64,000 nucleotides of DNA, from the NCBI RefSeq assembly GCF_009914755.1, contig NC_060936.1. The stretch is one strand, 5' to 3'. The position numbers and the translations under genes are program-made. A model generated the notes under the pieces. The model saw only the letters and a program-made list of their open reading frames with translations, made no database searches and had not been told where the DNA came from. How positions within the stretch are numbered: position 1 is the first letter of the stretch; every line of letters starts with the position of its first letter. The DNA comes from the human T2T-CHM13v2.0 reference genome, Homo sapiens. Shown piece by piece: positions 47,008 to 61,490 of the stretch.

Positions 47008-47979
47008 AGGCACATCAAATTTTATCAATTGAGTACTCAGTACTTGCCTAGTATAACTAAACCCTTAAAATATAACATGTTGATTATGTTTTGGAATAAA
47101 GGTCAGATTATCATTGGTCATTACTTGCTAGCCTTCCGGTAAGTACCAAGTCTTACAAGAGTAATGGATATATTTTCGCCAAGTTGAGGAACCTCCACTT
47201 TTCTGTTATAATTTTTCTTGGAAGTACTTTACTTGGATTGGTTTGAAGGGCTTCACCATAACTCTGCTTTTCAGGCTTTTAAAAATGGAAGTGATTGTTG
47301 CTGACTGAATTTCCCAGGGCTGTATTTCACCAACTGCCTGTAAGATATGGATAGGTTTGTAGGTGGGAGTTTAAGGAAGGATTTGTGAATCTGACAAAAG
47401 CTGCTTATTGTATCCTATAGATTCACAATGCACATTAACATACTTTAAGTGCTCTTAGCTAAAGGAACCTGTTTAAACCCATATTTCTCAGAGTTAATTG
47501 GTATGGAATCCTTTTATGGTACAGTATCTATTAAGATTTTGAAGAACAAATATTTTGTGGGCCAGTTGTGGGAGAACAATTCTAGTACAAGATAAAACTT
47601 GCTGTTTCCTCAGTAACTGTTAAATGACCAGTAAAGGGGAGGTATAAAAAGTTAATATAAAAGTTATAGAGAATTAAGGGAAAAATTTGAGGATGAAGGA
47701 GGGACACTAGTAAGTTTTTTTTTAAAAAGAGAGTAGATTTAAAAAGATGACTTGTGAGAAGGGCTATAAATTGAAATTGTGGAATTGGATTTGGCACATG
47801 CTACAAAATTTTATAAAAATAGAATATTCACTAGCAAATGTGTCTAGAAACAAAGTAGAAAACACAAATATACAACATTAGGTGTCAGAAGAATACATAG
47901 CTATAAAAACGGAGGAGATTAAAAAAATGAGAAACCTGTAAAGTAAAACTAATACTAATAAATTTAAACATCTGAATCA

Positions 47980-48278
<299 letters not shown>

Positions 48279-48456
48279 TCAAAATTTAGTAATTTTAATG
48301 TGCTTGATGTCATATATACTAACAAGTGGCAGAACTAGGACTTGAACTAAAGTCCTTTTTGTCAACAGTGTCTGTAGGCTGACCTGTTGGGCTCTATTGT
48401 TTCCCTAATGAAGAGATAGGAAACCTCAGGGAAAAAAACTTAAGAAGTGAAAAATG

Positions 48457-48774
48457 GGCCGGGTGCGGTGGTTCATGCCTGTAATTCTAGCACTTTGGGA
48501 GGCTGAGGCGGGTAGATCACTTGAGCTCAGGAGTTCGAGACCAGCCTGGGCAACATGGCAAAGCCCTGTCTCTACTAAAAATGCAAAATAAATAAATAAA
48601 TAAAAATTAGCCAGGGGTGGTCGTGCGCACCTGTAATCCCAACTACTGAACTACGGGGGAGGCTGAGGCACGAAAATTGCTTGAACCTGGGAGGCAGAGG
48701 TTGCAGTGAGCCAAGATCACGCCACTTTACTCCACCCTGGATGACAGAGTAAGACTCTGTCTCCAAAAAAAAAA
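48457..48774 (+). mobile_element. Alu (Jb/Sz-like)
   Basis: TSD aagtgaaaaatg. Confidence 0.93.
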
Positions 48775-49105
48775 GTGAAAAATGATTCTCATGATTGAAA
48801 AAAAAATCCAAAGCTTAGAAAAGGATGGAAAGTAGTCTGATTAATTTTGTAATAAAATCTGACCAAGATTATGTCAAAGTTTAATCTAGACCAGCCTTAA
48901 TTATGACTATCAATAACTAAATATGAAATTAGCTAATTCAGCAGCACTACAGTGAAAAATATATCATAACATGTAGGGGGTTATGTTAGGATTATTGAAA
49001 ATCAGGTGTGAAAAATTTTATGGTCATCTCAGTAAATGAGGAAAATAAATTGATAGAGTATTTAATCAGAAAACAAACATTATGCTCAATGGTGAAATGT
49101 TAGAG

Positions 49106-49405
49106 CAGTGGTCCCCAACCTTTTTGGCACCAGGGAACAGTTTTGTGGAAGACAGTTTTTCCACAGACTGTGGCAGGGGGATGGTTTCAGGATGATATTA
49201 AGTGCATTACGTTACATCATTAGATTCTCATAATGAGCATGGAACCTAAATCTTTTGCATGCGCAGTTCACAGTAGGGTTCACGCTCCTTTGAGAATCTA
49301 ATGCCACTGCTGATCTGACAGGAGGTGGAGCGCAGTTTCGCTGGCTTGCCACTCACCTCCTGCTGTGCAGCCCGGTTCCTAACAGGTCAGTTAGTACCAG
49401 TCTGT
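49106..49405 (+). mobile_element. MER1B (3' TIR lost)
   Basis: cagtggtccccaacctttttggcaccaggga...gagaatctaatgccactgctgatctgacaggagg. Confidence 0.9.
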
Positions 49406-49495
49406 TGAAATTGTGAACCATTGGCTAAATAAACTTATTTTCATTATAAATTACCCAATCTCAGGTGTTCTGTTTTAGCAACACTAAACAAAGAC
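49406..49495 (+). mobile_element. MST/THE1-type MaLR LTR 3' end
   Basis: aataaac...ttataaattacccaatctcagg...tagcaaca. Confidence 0.8.
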
Positions 49496-49611
49496 GAGAA
49501 AATTATCACTACTTTTAATAGGAAAGCAAAGAAACAATGGGAAAACTATTGGACCTAATGAGAGACTTCTATAAAGTGGACAGAATCCAAAAATATAAAT
49601 ATGCAAAAAAG

Positions 49612-49944
49612 TTTTTATTTAATTTTGTTTAGAATCAGGGTCTCACTGTGTTGCCTGGGCTGGAGTGCAGTGGCAAGATTGTAGCTCACTGTAGCCTCAA
49701 ACTCCGGAGCTCAATCAGTCCTCCCACCTCAGCCTCCTGAGTAGCTGGGACTACAGGTGTGTGCTGCTGTACCTGGCTAATTTGTTTGTTTTATTTTTAT
49801 TTTTATTTATTTAGTTATTTATTTTTAGAGATGAGGGTCTTGCTGTGTGGCCCAGACTGGTCTTGAACACCTGGCCCCAAGTGATCCTCCTGCTTCAGCC
49901 TCCTGAGTCTCTGGAATTACAGACACAAGTCACAGTATCCAGCC
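49612..49944 (-). mobile_element. AluJ
   Basis: TSD aaatatgcaaaa. Confidence 0.92.
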
Positions 49945-50092
49945 AAATATGCAAAACTTAGTATCTACTATTTTAAAATATGATACCAGCAATTCCAATT
50001 AAAATTAATAAAAAAAGATCCAACTTATAATAATATCTAAGAATAAACACAATGAGAAACATGTAAGACCTATATAAGAAAAACTTAAATGA

Positions 50093-50301
50093 AGCTGGGG
50101 GCGGTGGCCTGGGCAATGTGGTGAAACACCATCTCTACAAAAAATACAAAAATTAGCTGGGTATGGTCCCAGCTACTTTCAGGGGGCTGAGGCGGGAAGA
50201 TCACTTGAGCCCAGGAGGAGGAGGTTGCACTGAGCCGAGATCGTGCTACTGCACTCCAGCCTGAGTGACAGAGTGAGACCTTGTCTCAAGAAAAGAAAAA
50301 A
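50093..50301 (+). mobile_element. AluJb with two internal deletions
   Basis: ggtggc|ctgggcaa and tatg|gtcccagc junctions. Confidence 0.85.
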
Positions 50302-50799
50302 TTGTGGAATATTTAGGTTTTGATTAATTCTTTGTAAGATGAGTATCTTTTGTATATATGTTTGTTTGATGGTTTTGTTTGTGATTGTAATATTCTTGAC
50401 TAATTCCAGGCAGACCACATACGAAGAAAATATTATTTATATTTAAACTCCTGCCTTTCTATAGAGAGTCAGTTTACACACAAATATTACTTAATTCCCA
50501 CAGTTGTTATTATCCATAATGTTATTCCTTTTTTCAGGTGGAGAAATTGTGGATTTAAAAGTTTGTGACTTGCCTAATACCACACAGCTCGTTAAGAAGC
50601 TAATACTTGGAGCCTTTATCTTTCTGTTATAATAAATTATGAATAAACAGCTGAAATCTGTATTAGACATAAGAAAGGAGAACCTTGTTCTAACCAGAGA
50701 ATTTCCTATCAGCCTTTCAGGCGAAGAAGCCTCTCTTCTTATTTTCTTATATTCTCTTGCCAGAGTAGAGGTGATGGAAAATAAGGTAAAGATAGTAAA

Positions 50800-50990
50800 T
50801 TATAGAGACAGGAGCACAGAGTGCCCTAAAGTTAAACAAGTTTGAATTCTGATTCTATCACTTAACTAGCTTTGGCCTCAGGTAAATTATTTACCTTCTT
50901 CAACCCTCAGTTTTCTACTTACTAAAAGGTTTTAGTAATACTTACCTCATAGTGTTTAATAATTGGTAACTAATATCATCATCATCATCT
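50800..50990 (+). mobile_element. MIR
   Basis: gtttgaattctgattc...ggtaaattatttacc...ctcagttttc. Confidence 0.65.
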
Positions 50991-51191
50991 TTCATTATAT
51001 TAAATGAGAGGATTCGGTTAGGATTGATGTTTTCCATAAGACGCACAGAAATCTTTGCCTCTCCTCCTGTGATCAGGGAGAATGATTTTACCTGCTGATT
51101 TATGTGGTAGTGAAAGAGCAATGAACTATGATTTAGAAGGCCTAAGTACGCCCCTGGGTTAGTGGAAAAAAAAACCTTACACAAGTTACTA

Positions 51192-51429
51192 CAGGTTAAG
51201 TATCCCTAATCCGAAAAGCTCCAAAATTGGAAACTTTATGAATGCCAACATGACACTTAAAGGAAATGCTCATTGGAGTATTTTGAATTTTCAGATTAGA
51301 GAAGCTCAGTAGGTAAGCTTAATGCAAACATTCCCAAAAAAACACAAAAACACCCCCCCAAATCCAAAAAAATTCAAAATCTGAAATAGTTTTGGTCCTA
51401 AGCATTTTGGATAAGGAATACTCAACCTG
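51192..51429. mobile_element. Tigger4a (Zombi-A/MER46A), complete
   Basis: TIRs caggttaagtatccct / aggaatactcaacctg with TA flanks. Confidence 0.9.
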
Positions 51430-51515
51430 TAGTACTTAGGTCTTATATTTTATTACCTTTAAAATAGAAATATCCTAAAAAAGATCCAGTGAAATAATAG
51501 ATTTACTGTGTAGGG

Positions 51516-51615
51516 CAGTGGTCCCCAACCTCTGGGCCATGGACCAGTAGTGGTCTGTGGGAAAATTGTCTTCCATGAAACCATTCCCTGCTGTCAGAAA
51601 TGTTGGGGACTGCTG
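51516..51615 (-). mobile_element. 100-bp internally deleted MER1
   Basis: TIRs cagtggtccccaac / gttggggactgctg; TSD gtgtaggg/atgtaggc. Confidence 0.85.
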
Positions 51616-52167
51616 ATGTAGGCTATAGAGAGGGTCATATTTCAAAAAACCTTTATTTAATGCCCAATATTGAATAGCTCTGTGAAAGAATACTGTCAAT
51701 CTCTAAGGGACTGAAAGTTACAGTCTTTTATATACTGTGATTCATATTTATAAATATAATTTTAACTGTACACATTTTTTATCTGCATATATAGCTTTTT
51801 TATTTCTGGTCTATCAATGAAAAACAAAGGTAGTAAGTCCTTTGATCCTTTTGGTTGCTTAAAGTAGAGGACAAATCTAGCCCAATGTTAAGAATCCTTA
51901 AGAAAACTACATAGAACAGAAAGGGTATGGATTTATCCTTATAAGTATGGTGACTAGTCTTTAAGCCAAAATTTGAAATACACATTCTGACATAATATGA
52001 CAATATGATTTAATATTTGTAATCAGTATTGTCCTATAAAATATGAAAGCTATCACTGTAAATGTGGATGATATTAACAAGGATAGTGCTTTTCAGATCT
52101 TTTATTCTGTGGGACCTGTACAAGTTTGGAGAGTAGTTGTGTAAGGAAAGGACCTCTTTTGAAAGGG

Positions 52168-53237
<1,070 letters not shown>

Positions 53238-53597
53238 TATATCACTGCTATAATGCCTTTACTAATCTTATTTTTAAAATTATTTAACTACCTAAACCTT
53301 ATCTTTTCTTTAAACTGTAAACTTTTTAAATGAATAGACATAAAACTAGGCTGTTAGTATATATTATCCTAATTAAGCTTCAGAATAATTATATTAATAT
53401 AGGGATCCTTATCCTCATTTTACCTGTGTGTCAAAGTCACTTTGAATGGACAAAGCTAGAATTTAGGCAAGATTTAAGGATTCAAAGGTCTTCTCTTGTT
53501 TTCCTACCCTGCCTATTAGAATATATTTTCACTCCTTTTGCTTTTCTAATCTGGCAAGCATTCATAGGGCACATTAAGCATTCATTCATTCTTTTCT

Positions 53598-53722
53598 ATT
53601 TAAATTGACGGATAGCATTGTATGTTTTTGTCGTTTACAACATACTGTTTTGAAGTATGTGTACATTGTGGAATGGTTAAACCTAGCTAACAAATGCATT
53701 ACCTCACATAGTTATCATTTTT
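53598..53722 (-). mobile_element. Short L1MA 3' end
   Basis: tacattgtggaatggttaaa...tacctcacatagttatcatt. Confidence 0.8.
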
Positions 53723-53854
53723 ATAATATTCAACATTTAAACGTAGAACTTTAGAGAGATCATTTGTCTTTGATTCTATATTACTTTGTATTGAGAACAT
53801 GAGCATTACTATTAATGCTATTAATTGATAATTATTGATGCTATTTTTATTCAT

Positions 53855-54050
53855 ATTAGCAGCTACTAGTTATTACATGCATAGCAACTTATGCCTTGCT
53901 CAGTACACAGTCTTCTTTACAACAAACCGATTAGGTAGATATTGTGTCTGTTTTACATTGAGGATTAGATAAATTATCAAACCTCAAGATCATGTAGCTG
54001 ATAAATGGCAGCATTGGGATTCAGTTCCAAGTTTGATTTCATTATCCATA
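53855..54050 (-). mobile_element. MIR
   Basis: caagatcatgtagctgataaatggcagcattgggattc. Confidence 0.65.
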
Positions 54051-55454
54051 TTTACACTGTTTAAGCATACTCTATGACCCTGATGTATCTTTATTTTATA
54101 AAGAAATTGTTAATGATTACTTTTAAATTCATACTTATTTACATGTATCAGGGAAATGGTCTATACTTTGATTAGGAAGTAGACTACGATTTGATTAAGA
54201 AGTATTATAGCTCCCTACCCCCTACCCAGGATATGGGAGTTTATAATACTCCCATAGTGAAAAATTTCAAGGAAATTTCTTTTGTATTCCCCAAACTGAA
54301 GGTTTCTACCACCCTTTTTGTTTCCCAGCAGTGAGAGATGGAATTCTGAATTCTGAAAAAAATAAAAATTACTTAAAGCATTTCAAACTCTGTTCAAGAA
54401 CTTTGGAAAATAAATTTAAACATAATCTTTTATGAGAGTGTGAATAGATGCTCACCTATCCAAAAGCAGTTTCCTTTTAAGATCATGTGTATTAAATAAA
54501 TGTGCTGAACTGTTTAACCTAATGTATAAAAAGGACTTTTTTGTCCTGCAGACTTAATCAGAGTAATGCACGTCAAAATAGAATCTGTTCATTTGCTCTT
54601 AATTAATTCTTCTAACCTGATGTTCAGACAAGCCTGATAATCTATTATATTATTAACTAATCTGACAAACTTTAATAAGGGCCTTTTATAAGGGTCAAAA
54701 TAGTGGATAAGTTTATGAGTTCTATAAATAGGCAGTGTGGATTCAAATCCTGGTTGTAAAACTCACTACCTTAAGCTTCAGTTTCCTTATCTGTAGAATA
54801 ATGACAACCAGTGATGCCCAGCAGAACATCTCTTCCTTCTTAGTCAGATGTCCCTTGGGAGTAGTTGTGCAAGGTTAATTCTTTGCCTGGTAGAAGACTG
54901 TGGTGCATTTTGGATTATATTTTGTCTGTGAGATCTTAGGTTGGTTCTTCAGATGTTAGCCTTCTACTGGGGCAATATTTCTTTTTCTGTGTTTATTTGT
55001 TGTTATTGACTTCTAATATAATTGCATTGTTGTCAAAAGATGTGGTCTGCGTGATTGTAGTTCTTTGATATTTGTTGAGACTTTCATTATGGTCTAGTTT
55101 TAGTTAAATTTTATAAATATTCTTCATATGCTTGAGGATAATATGTATTCTGTAATTTAAATATATATTAAATTAGCCTTGATAACCATCCTGGTCTTCT
55201 GTAGCTTTATTAAGTAATTTTTTTGGTCTGCCTGAACTACCAATACATAAAAGAAATGTATTAATCTCCCACTACAATGGATTTGTCAATTGCTCTGTGT
55301 TATTCCAGTAACTTTTGCTTCAGTATTTTGCGGCTATTTTACTAGTACTTACAAGTTTTTCGGAAGTATCATGTATTTCTGGAAATTGAACCTTTTATCA
55401 TTATAATGTGACCCTTCTTGAACCAAGTAATATATTTTTTAAAGCTATTTTGAA

Positions 55455-55595
55455 GGCTGGGTGTAGTGGCTTATGTCTGTAATCCTAGCACTTTTGGATG
55501 CCGAGATGGGAGGGTTGCTTGAGGCCAGAAGTTGGAGAACAGTCTGGGCAACACAGCAAGCTCCTCTCTACCAAAAAAACCAAAACAAAACAAAA
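55455..55595 (+). mobile_element. FLAM_C-like monomer
   Basis: Left monomer plus tail. Confidence 0.8.
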
Positions 55596-56521
55596 CGATT
55601 TTGTCTTTTATTAATAGAGCAGCTCACAATTTATGTGATTCGAATGGAAATGATATAAACTTTTCCATTCCTTTAATTGGAACCTTCCTCTATACTTATA
55701 ACTTAGATGTCCTATAAATAGCGTATTTTTCCATTTTTAAATTATTCAGTTCTATTATCTATGAACTTTAAAGTTTATTAGTACTTTTATTATTTGCAAA
55801 TAGTGGTATATTTGGACTTGCTTTTACTACCTTTAAATGTTCATCTTTTTTATATGATGCTTAAAAATACCTTATGTTTTAGTTTTTTATAGAATCAAAG
55901 AATTGTTTCTGTCTCTTTTATGCCTTATGGTTCTGTAACTTTAATTTTTTACGTTTATATTTGTATGATATAGATTCAATATGTTGTGTTCTTCTAGTTT
56001 AAAAAACTTGGAATTTGGATTTGAACTAAATTTGGCAAAAACTGACACCTTTATAATATTAAGCCTTCTAACTCATGAAAATTTTAAATTGTTTATGTGG
56101 TTCTCTCAGTACTGTTTTATGATTTTCTTTGTAAGGGTCCTGTACATTGTTCTCTGATTTATTCCTAGATACTTAATTGTATGTTCTTATTTTATGTTTG
56201 CTGTTATATGTAGAAATATAACATTGTATGCAGCAATCTTGCTGAACTCCTTTATTAATGGTAATAAATTAGTAAATGTTTCTTTAAATTCTTTTGAATT
56301 TCTTACATGCGGAATGCTACTGTTCACAAATGTCAATTTTATTTCTTTCATAAAAACTATCTTGGCTAGCATTTCTAGGACACTGTTCAACACAAGTTGT
56401 GGTGGCAGGCATCTTTGTGGTGTTTCATGTTCTAAAAGAAAAACTTCCATCATTTAGATATGATTTTTTTTAATAATTCCCTTTATCAAATAAGGAAATT
56501 CTGTTCCTACTTTGAGAAGAG

Positions 56522-56820
56522 GTTTTTCTTTGTTTTCTTTTTTATCTATTTATTCGTCAGTGGACGCTTGGGCTACTTCTTCCTTTTGACTATTGTGAAT
56601 AATGCTGTTATGAACATGAGTGTACAAATAATCTTTTGAGTCCTTGCTTTCCATTTATTTAAAGGTATTTACCCACAAGTGAAATTGGTGGATTGTATGG
56701 TAATTCTATTATTAATTTTTTGAGGAACTGCCATGCTGTTTCCCATAGTGGCTACACCATTTTATATTTCCACCAGCAGTGCACAAGGGTTCCAGTTTCT
56801 TCACTTTCTTGCCAGCACAT

Positions 56821-56855
<35 letters not shown>

Positions 56856-56885
56856 TAGCAGTCCTAATGGTATGAAGTAGTAGCT
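56522..56885 (-). mobile_element. Younger L1MA/MB internal segment inserted in older L1; contains (TG)15 at 56825-56854
   Basis: ctattgtgaataatgctg, ttgaggaactgccat, ccaccagcagtgcacaagggttcc. Confidence 0.8.
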
Positions 56886-57209
56886 GTGTTTCCTTTTAAT
56901 TGAAAAGAGATACTGAATTTTATCAAATACTTTTAATTCATCTATTATATGATTTGTCTTCCATATTTTTTAATGTGGCAAATTACATTTTAAAAATGTT
57001 AGGCCAACCTTAAATCCTGGTATAAACTCAACTTTTTCATAAAGTTTTATCCTTAATATATCTTCTTGTATTTGATTTGGTAATATTTTGTTTACAGTGT
57101 TACAACTGTCTATTAATATGTGTGATTTGGCCTTTTTTTCTGAAATGTTCTTATATCAGGGTTCTGATGAACTCTTCTCCTTATTTTTGGAAAAGTATAT
57201 GTAAGATTG

Positions 57210-57380
57210 TTGATTGATTGATTGATGGTTTGAGAAAGGGTCTCATTCTGTCATCTAGGCTGGAGTGTAGTGGCCCAATCACGGCTCACTGCAGTCTGGA
57301 CCTCCCTGGGCTCAGGTGATCCTCCCACTGCAGCCTCCCAAGTAGGTGGGACTCACAGGCGTGCATCACTGTGCCCGGCC
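57210..57380 (-). mobile_element. FRAM-like Alu right monomer
   Basis: TSD agattgt. Confidence 0.85.
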
Positions 57381-58569
57381 CAGATTGTAATTTATTTCTC
57401 AACTATCTGATATAATTCCCACCAGCAAGAAAGTTGTCTGCAATCTAGTTTTATTTGTGGAACAGTTTGTATTACAGATTGAATTTCTTCAGTAATTATA
57501 GCACTAGTCAAATATTATAGTGGTAGCAGGAACTATAATTAATGTCCCCTCTTTCATTCTTAACATTGGTAATTAGTGCACTTTCTTTTCCACCCCCATC
57601 AGTCTCACCAGAAAGTAATCAATTTTATTCGTGTTTTCTGATAAACTACTTTGACTATGTTGATTCTCTATATTATATTAATTTTCTATTTCATTGATTT
57701 CTGCATTTGCCTTTTATTCCCTTCTATTTTAAAACCCTTTTAGAGATGGATGCTCATAATTAATTTTCATTCTTGCTTTTTAATATTTTTGTTTTTGGGA
57801 CTGTACATTTCTGTCTTAAGTACTGCTTTTAGCTTGTTCCCACAAGTTTTGCATGTTCTAGTTTATTATGATTAGGTTAAAATGTTTTCCTACTTTCTAC
57901 AGTATTAGGATTATTTGTCCTTTGGGTTATTTCAAAATACACTTCTTAATTTCCAAACATGGAAGGATTTCCTAGTATTTCTGTTATTGTTACCTAATAT
58001 GTACTGTGATCAGAGAGCATAGTATATATGATCCCAATTGTTTGCAATTTATGACTCAATATATGGTAAATTTTTAAATATATTCTATCTGTGCTTAAGT
58101 ATGTTGTGCATTGTAACGCAGAGTTCAGTGCTTTGTATACAGTATGTCCATTAGTTCAAGTTTGTTAATAATACAGATAAAGCTGTATCCTTACTGTGTT
58201 TTCTTGGTTTGTTTCTTCAATTATTAAGAGAGATAGGTTTTAAAAATTAAACTATGACAATTATTAATTATGGACTTGTCATTTTTTTTTAGTTGTGTCA
58301 ATTTTGCATTCTATGTTTTGGGGCTCTTGTTAGGTCAAAGGTGAAATGATATCTTCCTGGTCAATTGAATGTTTTTTAAAATGAGTTAAATATAGTATTA
58401 TTATAAAATTTGCTTTATCTTTAATAGAGGTTTTTATGTTAAAGTGTGTTATCTGATATTAATATAGCTATATCAGCCAATTTGGTTAATATCTACATTT
58501 TAAAATTTCAACCTTCTGGATAAAAAGCATATACTTGAATTTTTAAAATGTAATTGGAGGATCTTTTTA

Positions 58570-58981
<412 letters not shown>

Positions 58982-59139
58982 TTATCTTGTTTGAATTAAC
59001 TGAGGAATTTTTTCATCTTTATTCTTTTTTATTAATTTATTATTTACACTCACCCTTGACCTATCACTGTCTAATACTTGGTGCTTTTATCCCTTTCCCA
59101 TAAATTGAAAGACCTAATTGAAAGACCTTAGAGTACTTT

Positions 59140-59370
59140 ATATATATAACTGCCTTTATGTAACTGTGTGTGTGTGTGTGTGTGTATATGTATTATATAT
59201 ATATGCTATATATGTCATAAGCATTGTATATTTCTATTGTCTATATTTAAATCCCAGAGGACAATATATATACATATATATCTCAGCAAGATATTCTACA
59301 TATTTATATATACACACACACACACATATATATCTCAGCAAGATATTCTACATATATATATATACACTTT
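59140..59370. repeat. Compound (TG)/(TA)/(CA) low-complexity tract with duplicated atctcagcaagatattctacatat
   Basis: Read directly. Confidence 0.85.
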
Positions 59371-59675
59371 TTTTTTCTTGGCTTTTTATTACATCTCCAT
59401 ACCTCCATTTAGAAACTTAATCTTTTAGTGCAGGTCTGCTGGTTTTTAAAAAAAAAGTCATTTCTTTTTTTTAGGAAATATTTTTATTTTTTCTATTCTT
59501 TCCTTTTTGAAGCAAATGTCTTCTTTTTCCTCTGACTACCTTTAATAATTGTTTTTGTCTTTGGTTTTTGAAACTATGTTGTAAGCAGTTATGAATTTTT
59601 AAAATCTTGCCTGGGGTTTTAATCTGTGTTTGGTAATTTCAGCATCTGGAGCAGTTTTGAGTGTGTTTTTATGGA

Positions 59676-59960
59676 AGTCCCCCTTCGAGGGTATGTTCCA
59701 AGACCCCCAGTAGATACCTGAAACTGCAGGTAATATGGAACCCAGTTGCCGTCAATCAGAACACGTTTCTGTTCATCTTCCACCCATACACTTAATGCCT
59801 TTTCTCTCTTAACTAAGCACTTACCACACACTGTGGACATAATGTTTGCAGTTTGAGGTGCAACAGCAAGACTAGCAGTTTATTTTTCCTTCTTCACAAT
59901 TTTAGGGATGGAATATTTGTTCTTTCCATAGAGCTGAGCAACCTCAGCGTATGATTTTTT
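59676..59960 (-). mobile_element. MER44/Tigger7-type fragment
   Basis: gttccaagacccccagt end; ORF 59619-59840 carries a CENP-B HTH-like EKALSVWVED...IDGN. Confidence 0.8.
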
Positions 59961-61040
59961 CTTATTATTAATTTTCAAAAATTATTGGAAAATATGAAGA
60001 AAACATCTTGCATAAATGACCTACATTGGAACCCTTTGCTCTATCTCTTTATTTCATGCAATTTCTAATAAATTTTGAAGGGATACACTTATGGAGGCAC
60101 AGGTAAGTGTATAATTTGCTGAAATAAGACTAGTGAGATTCAGACAAATAGGTCATCATAGGAGGAGTAGACCTGGACTCAGCGTTAGGAAAACTAGTCT
60201 TTAGGTCAGGTCTCCAGTAGTTAGGGCTAATTGCAGCACCAGGGATAGCTCCCGGTGTGTTCTTTTTTGTAATGGTGTTACCCTAATGGTAGAGGGCATT
60301 CGTCTTGCGTACTTTAATTGGTTAAACAACCCTAGCTTCCCCGATGGTAACAGATTTTTCTTTTTCATTTGGCCAGAGCATTCAGTTTTACTGTCTGAGG
60401 TCAGAAAACAAAGTGTGGTTATTAAATAATGAATCTAATTTATAAATTATGTGGTAGAACTGACTCTGAAAAAGAATTTTCTAATATTCTGTCTACTTAG
60501 CTATTATTTTTGTCTTGAGTAACTTAGCATGGTAATACTTTATGCCCCCAGCCCCCTCAGGTTTCCAGGGCACTTTCCCCACAAGTTTCTTTCTTTTTTC
60601 CATTTCACTCTAAAACATACTATCTTGTAATTTTCCACTCCTGTCGTTTTTTGTGTGTGGAATTTTTATATTCTGCAAGGTTTTTTTTTTAAACATGGAA
60701 GAGTTCTTAGATTATTCAAGAAATATAAATACATTTTATGTTTTATAATAATTTTAGAAATAAATTCAGATATTTATGAAGGGTGATATTTAGTATGGGA
60801 GTGTATTATATCTTTTGCACCCTCCATGTGCCAGTATCAAAGTCCCATCTAGAACATTGACCCTGTAGGGGATCATTTCTACCCATTGTACAATCACCTC
60901 AAGTCTACTCCTGTTCTCATGAGGTTGCTACTTTCTGGCTGATGATACTACGCCACAGGAGCCTCTGGATATTTTATGATAACTCTCTTATAGTATCAGT
61001 TTTTTCTTGTGGTACTCTGCTCTGCTTTCTTCCTCCGTCT

Positions 61041-61358
61041 TCCTTTTCTTTTTCTTTTTTATTTTTTTTTTAGACGGAGTCTCGCTCTGTCGCCCAGGCT
61101 GGAGTGCAGTGGTGCGATCTCGGCTCACTGCAAAGCTCCGCCTCCCGGGTTCACGCCATTCTCCTGCCTCAGCCTCCTGAGTAGCTGGGACTACAGGCGC
61201 CCGCCACCACGCCTGGTTAATTTTTTTTTGTATTTTTTACTAGAGACGGGGTTTCACTGTGTTAGCCAGGATGGTCTCGATCTCCTGACCTCGTGATCCG
61301 CCCGCCTTGGCCTCCCAAAGTGCTGTGGGATTATAGGCGTGAGCCCCCGCGCCTGGCC
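61041..61358 (-). mobile_element. AluY
   Basis: ttcacgccattc, gttagccaggatggtctcgatc, cctcgtgatcc. Confidence 0.95.
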
Positions 61359-61490
61359 TCTCTGTTCTTTTCTTTTCCTCCTATCTTGTTTGTTCTTCTC
61401 TTCTTTATTTTCTTTTCTTTATATCCCTCCTTTTCCTTTACTTGCCTTTGCTCCCCACTTCCTGTCTCCTCCATCCTCTTTTTTCCAAAT
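61359..61490. repeat. CT-rich low-complexity tract
   Basis: About 130 nt, nearly all pyrimidine. Confidence 0.8.

Larger units (their letters stand above)
48950..50090 (+). mobile_element. Old L1 ORF2 fragments (interrupted)
   Basis: atggtcatctcagtaaatg, atgctcaatggtgaaatgtt, atgtaagacctatataag. Confidence 0.55.

Noticed and set aside
47210-47338. Possible - strand exon (acceptor cttacag, open frame AVGEIQPWEIQ...)
   Set aside because: No recognisable protein, weak donor, and opposite to the inferred transcription direction.
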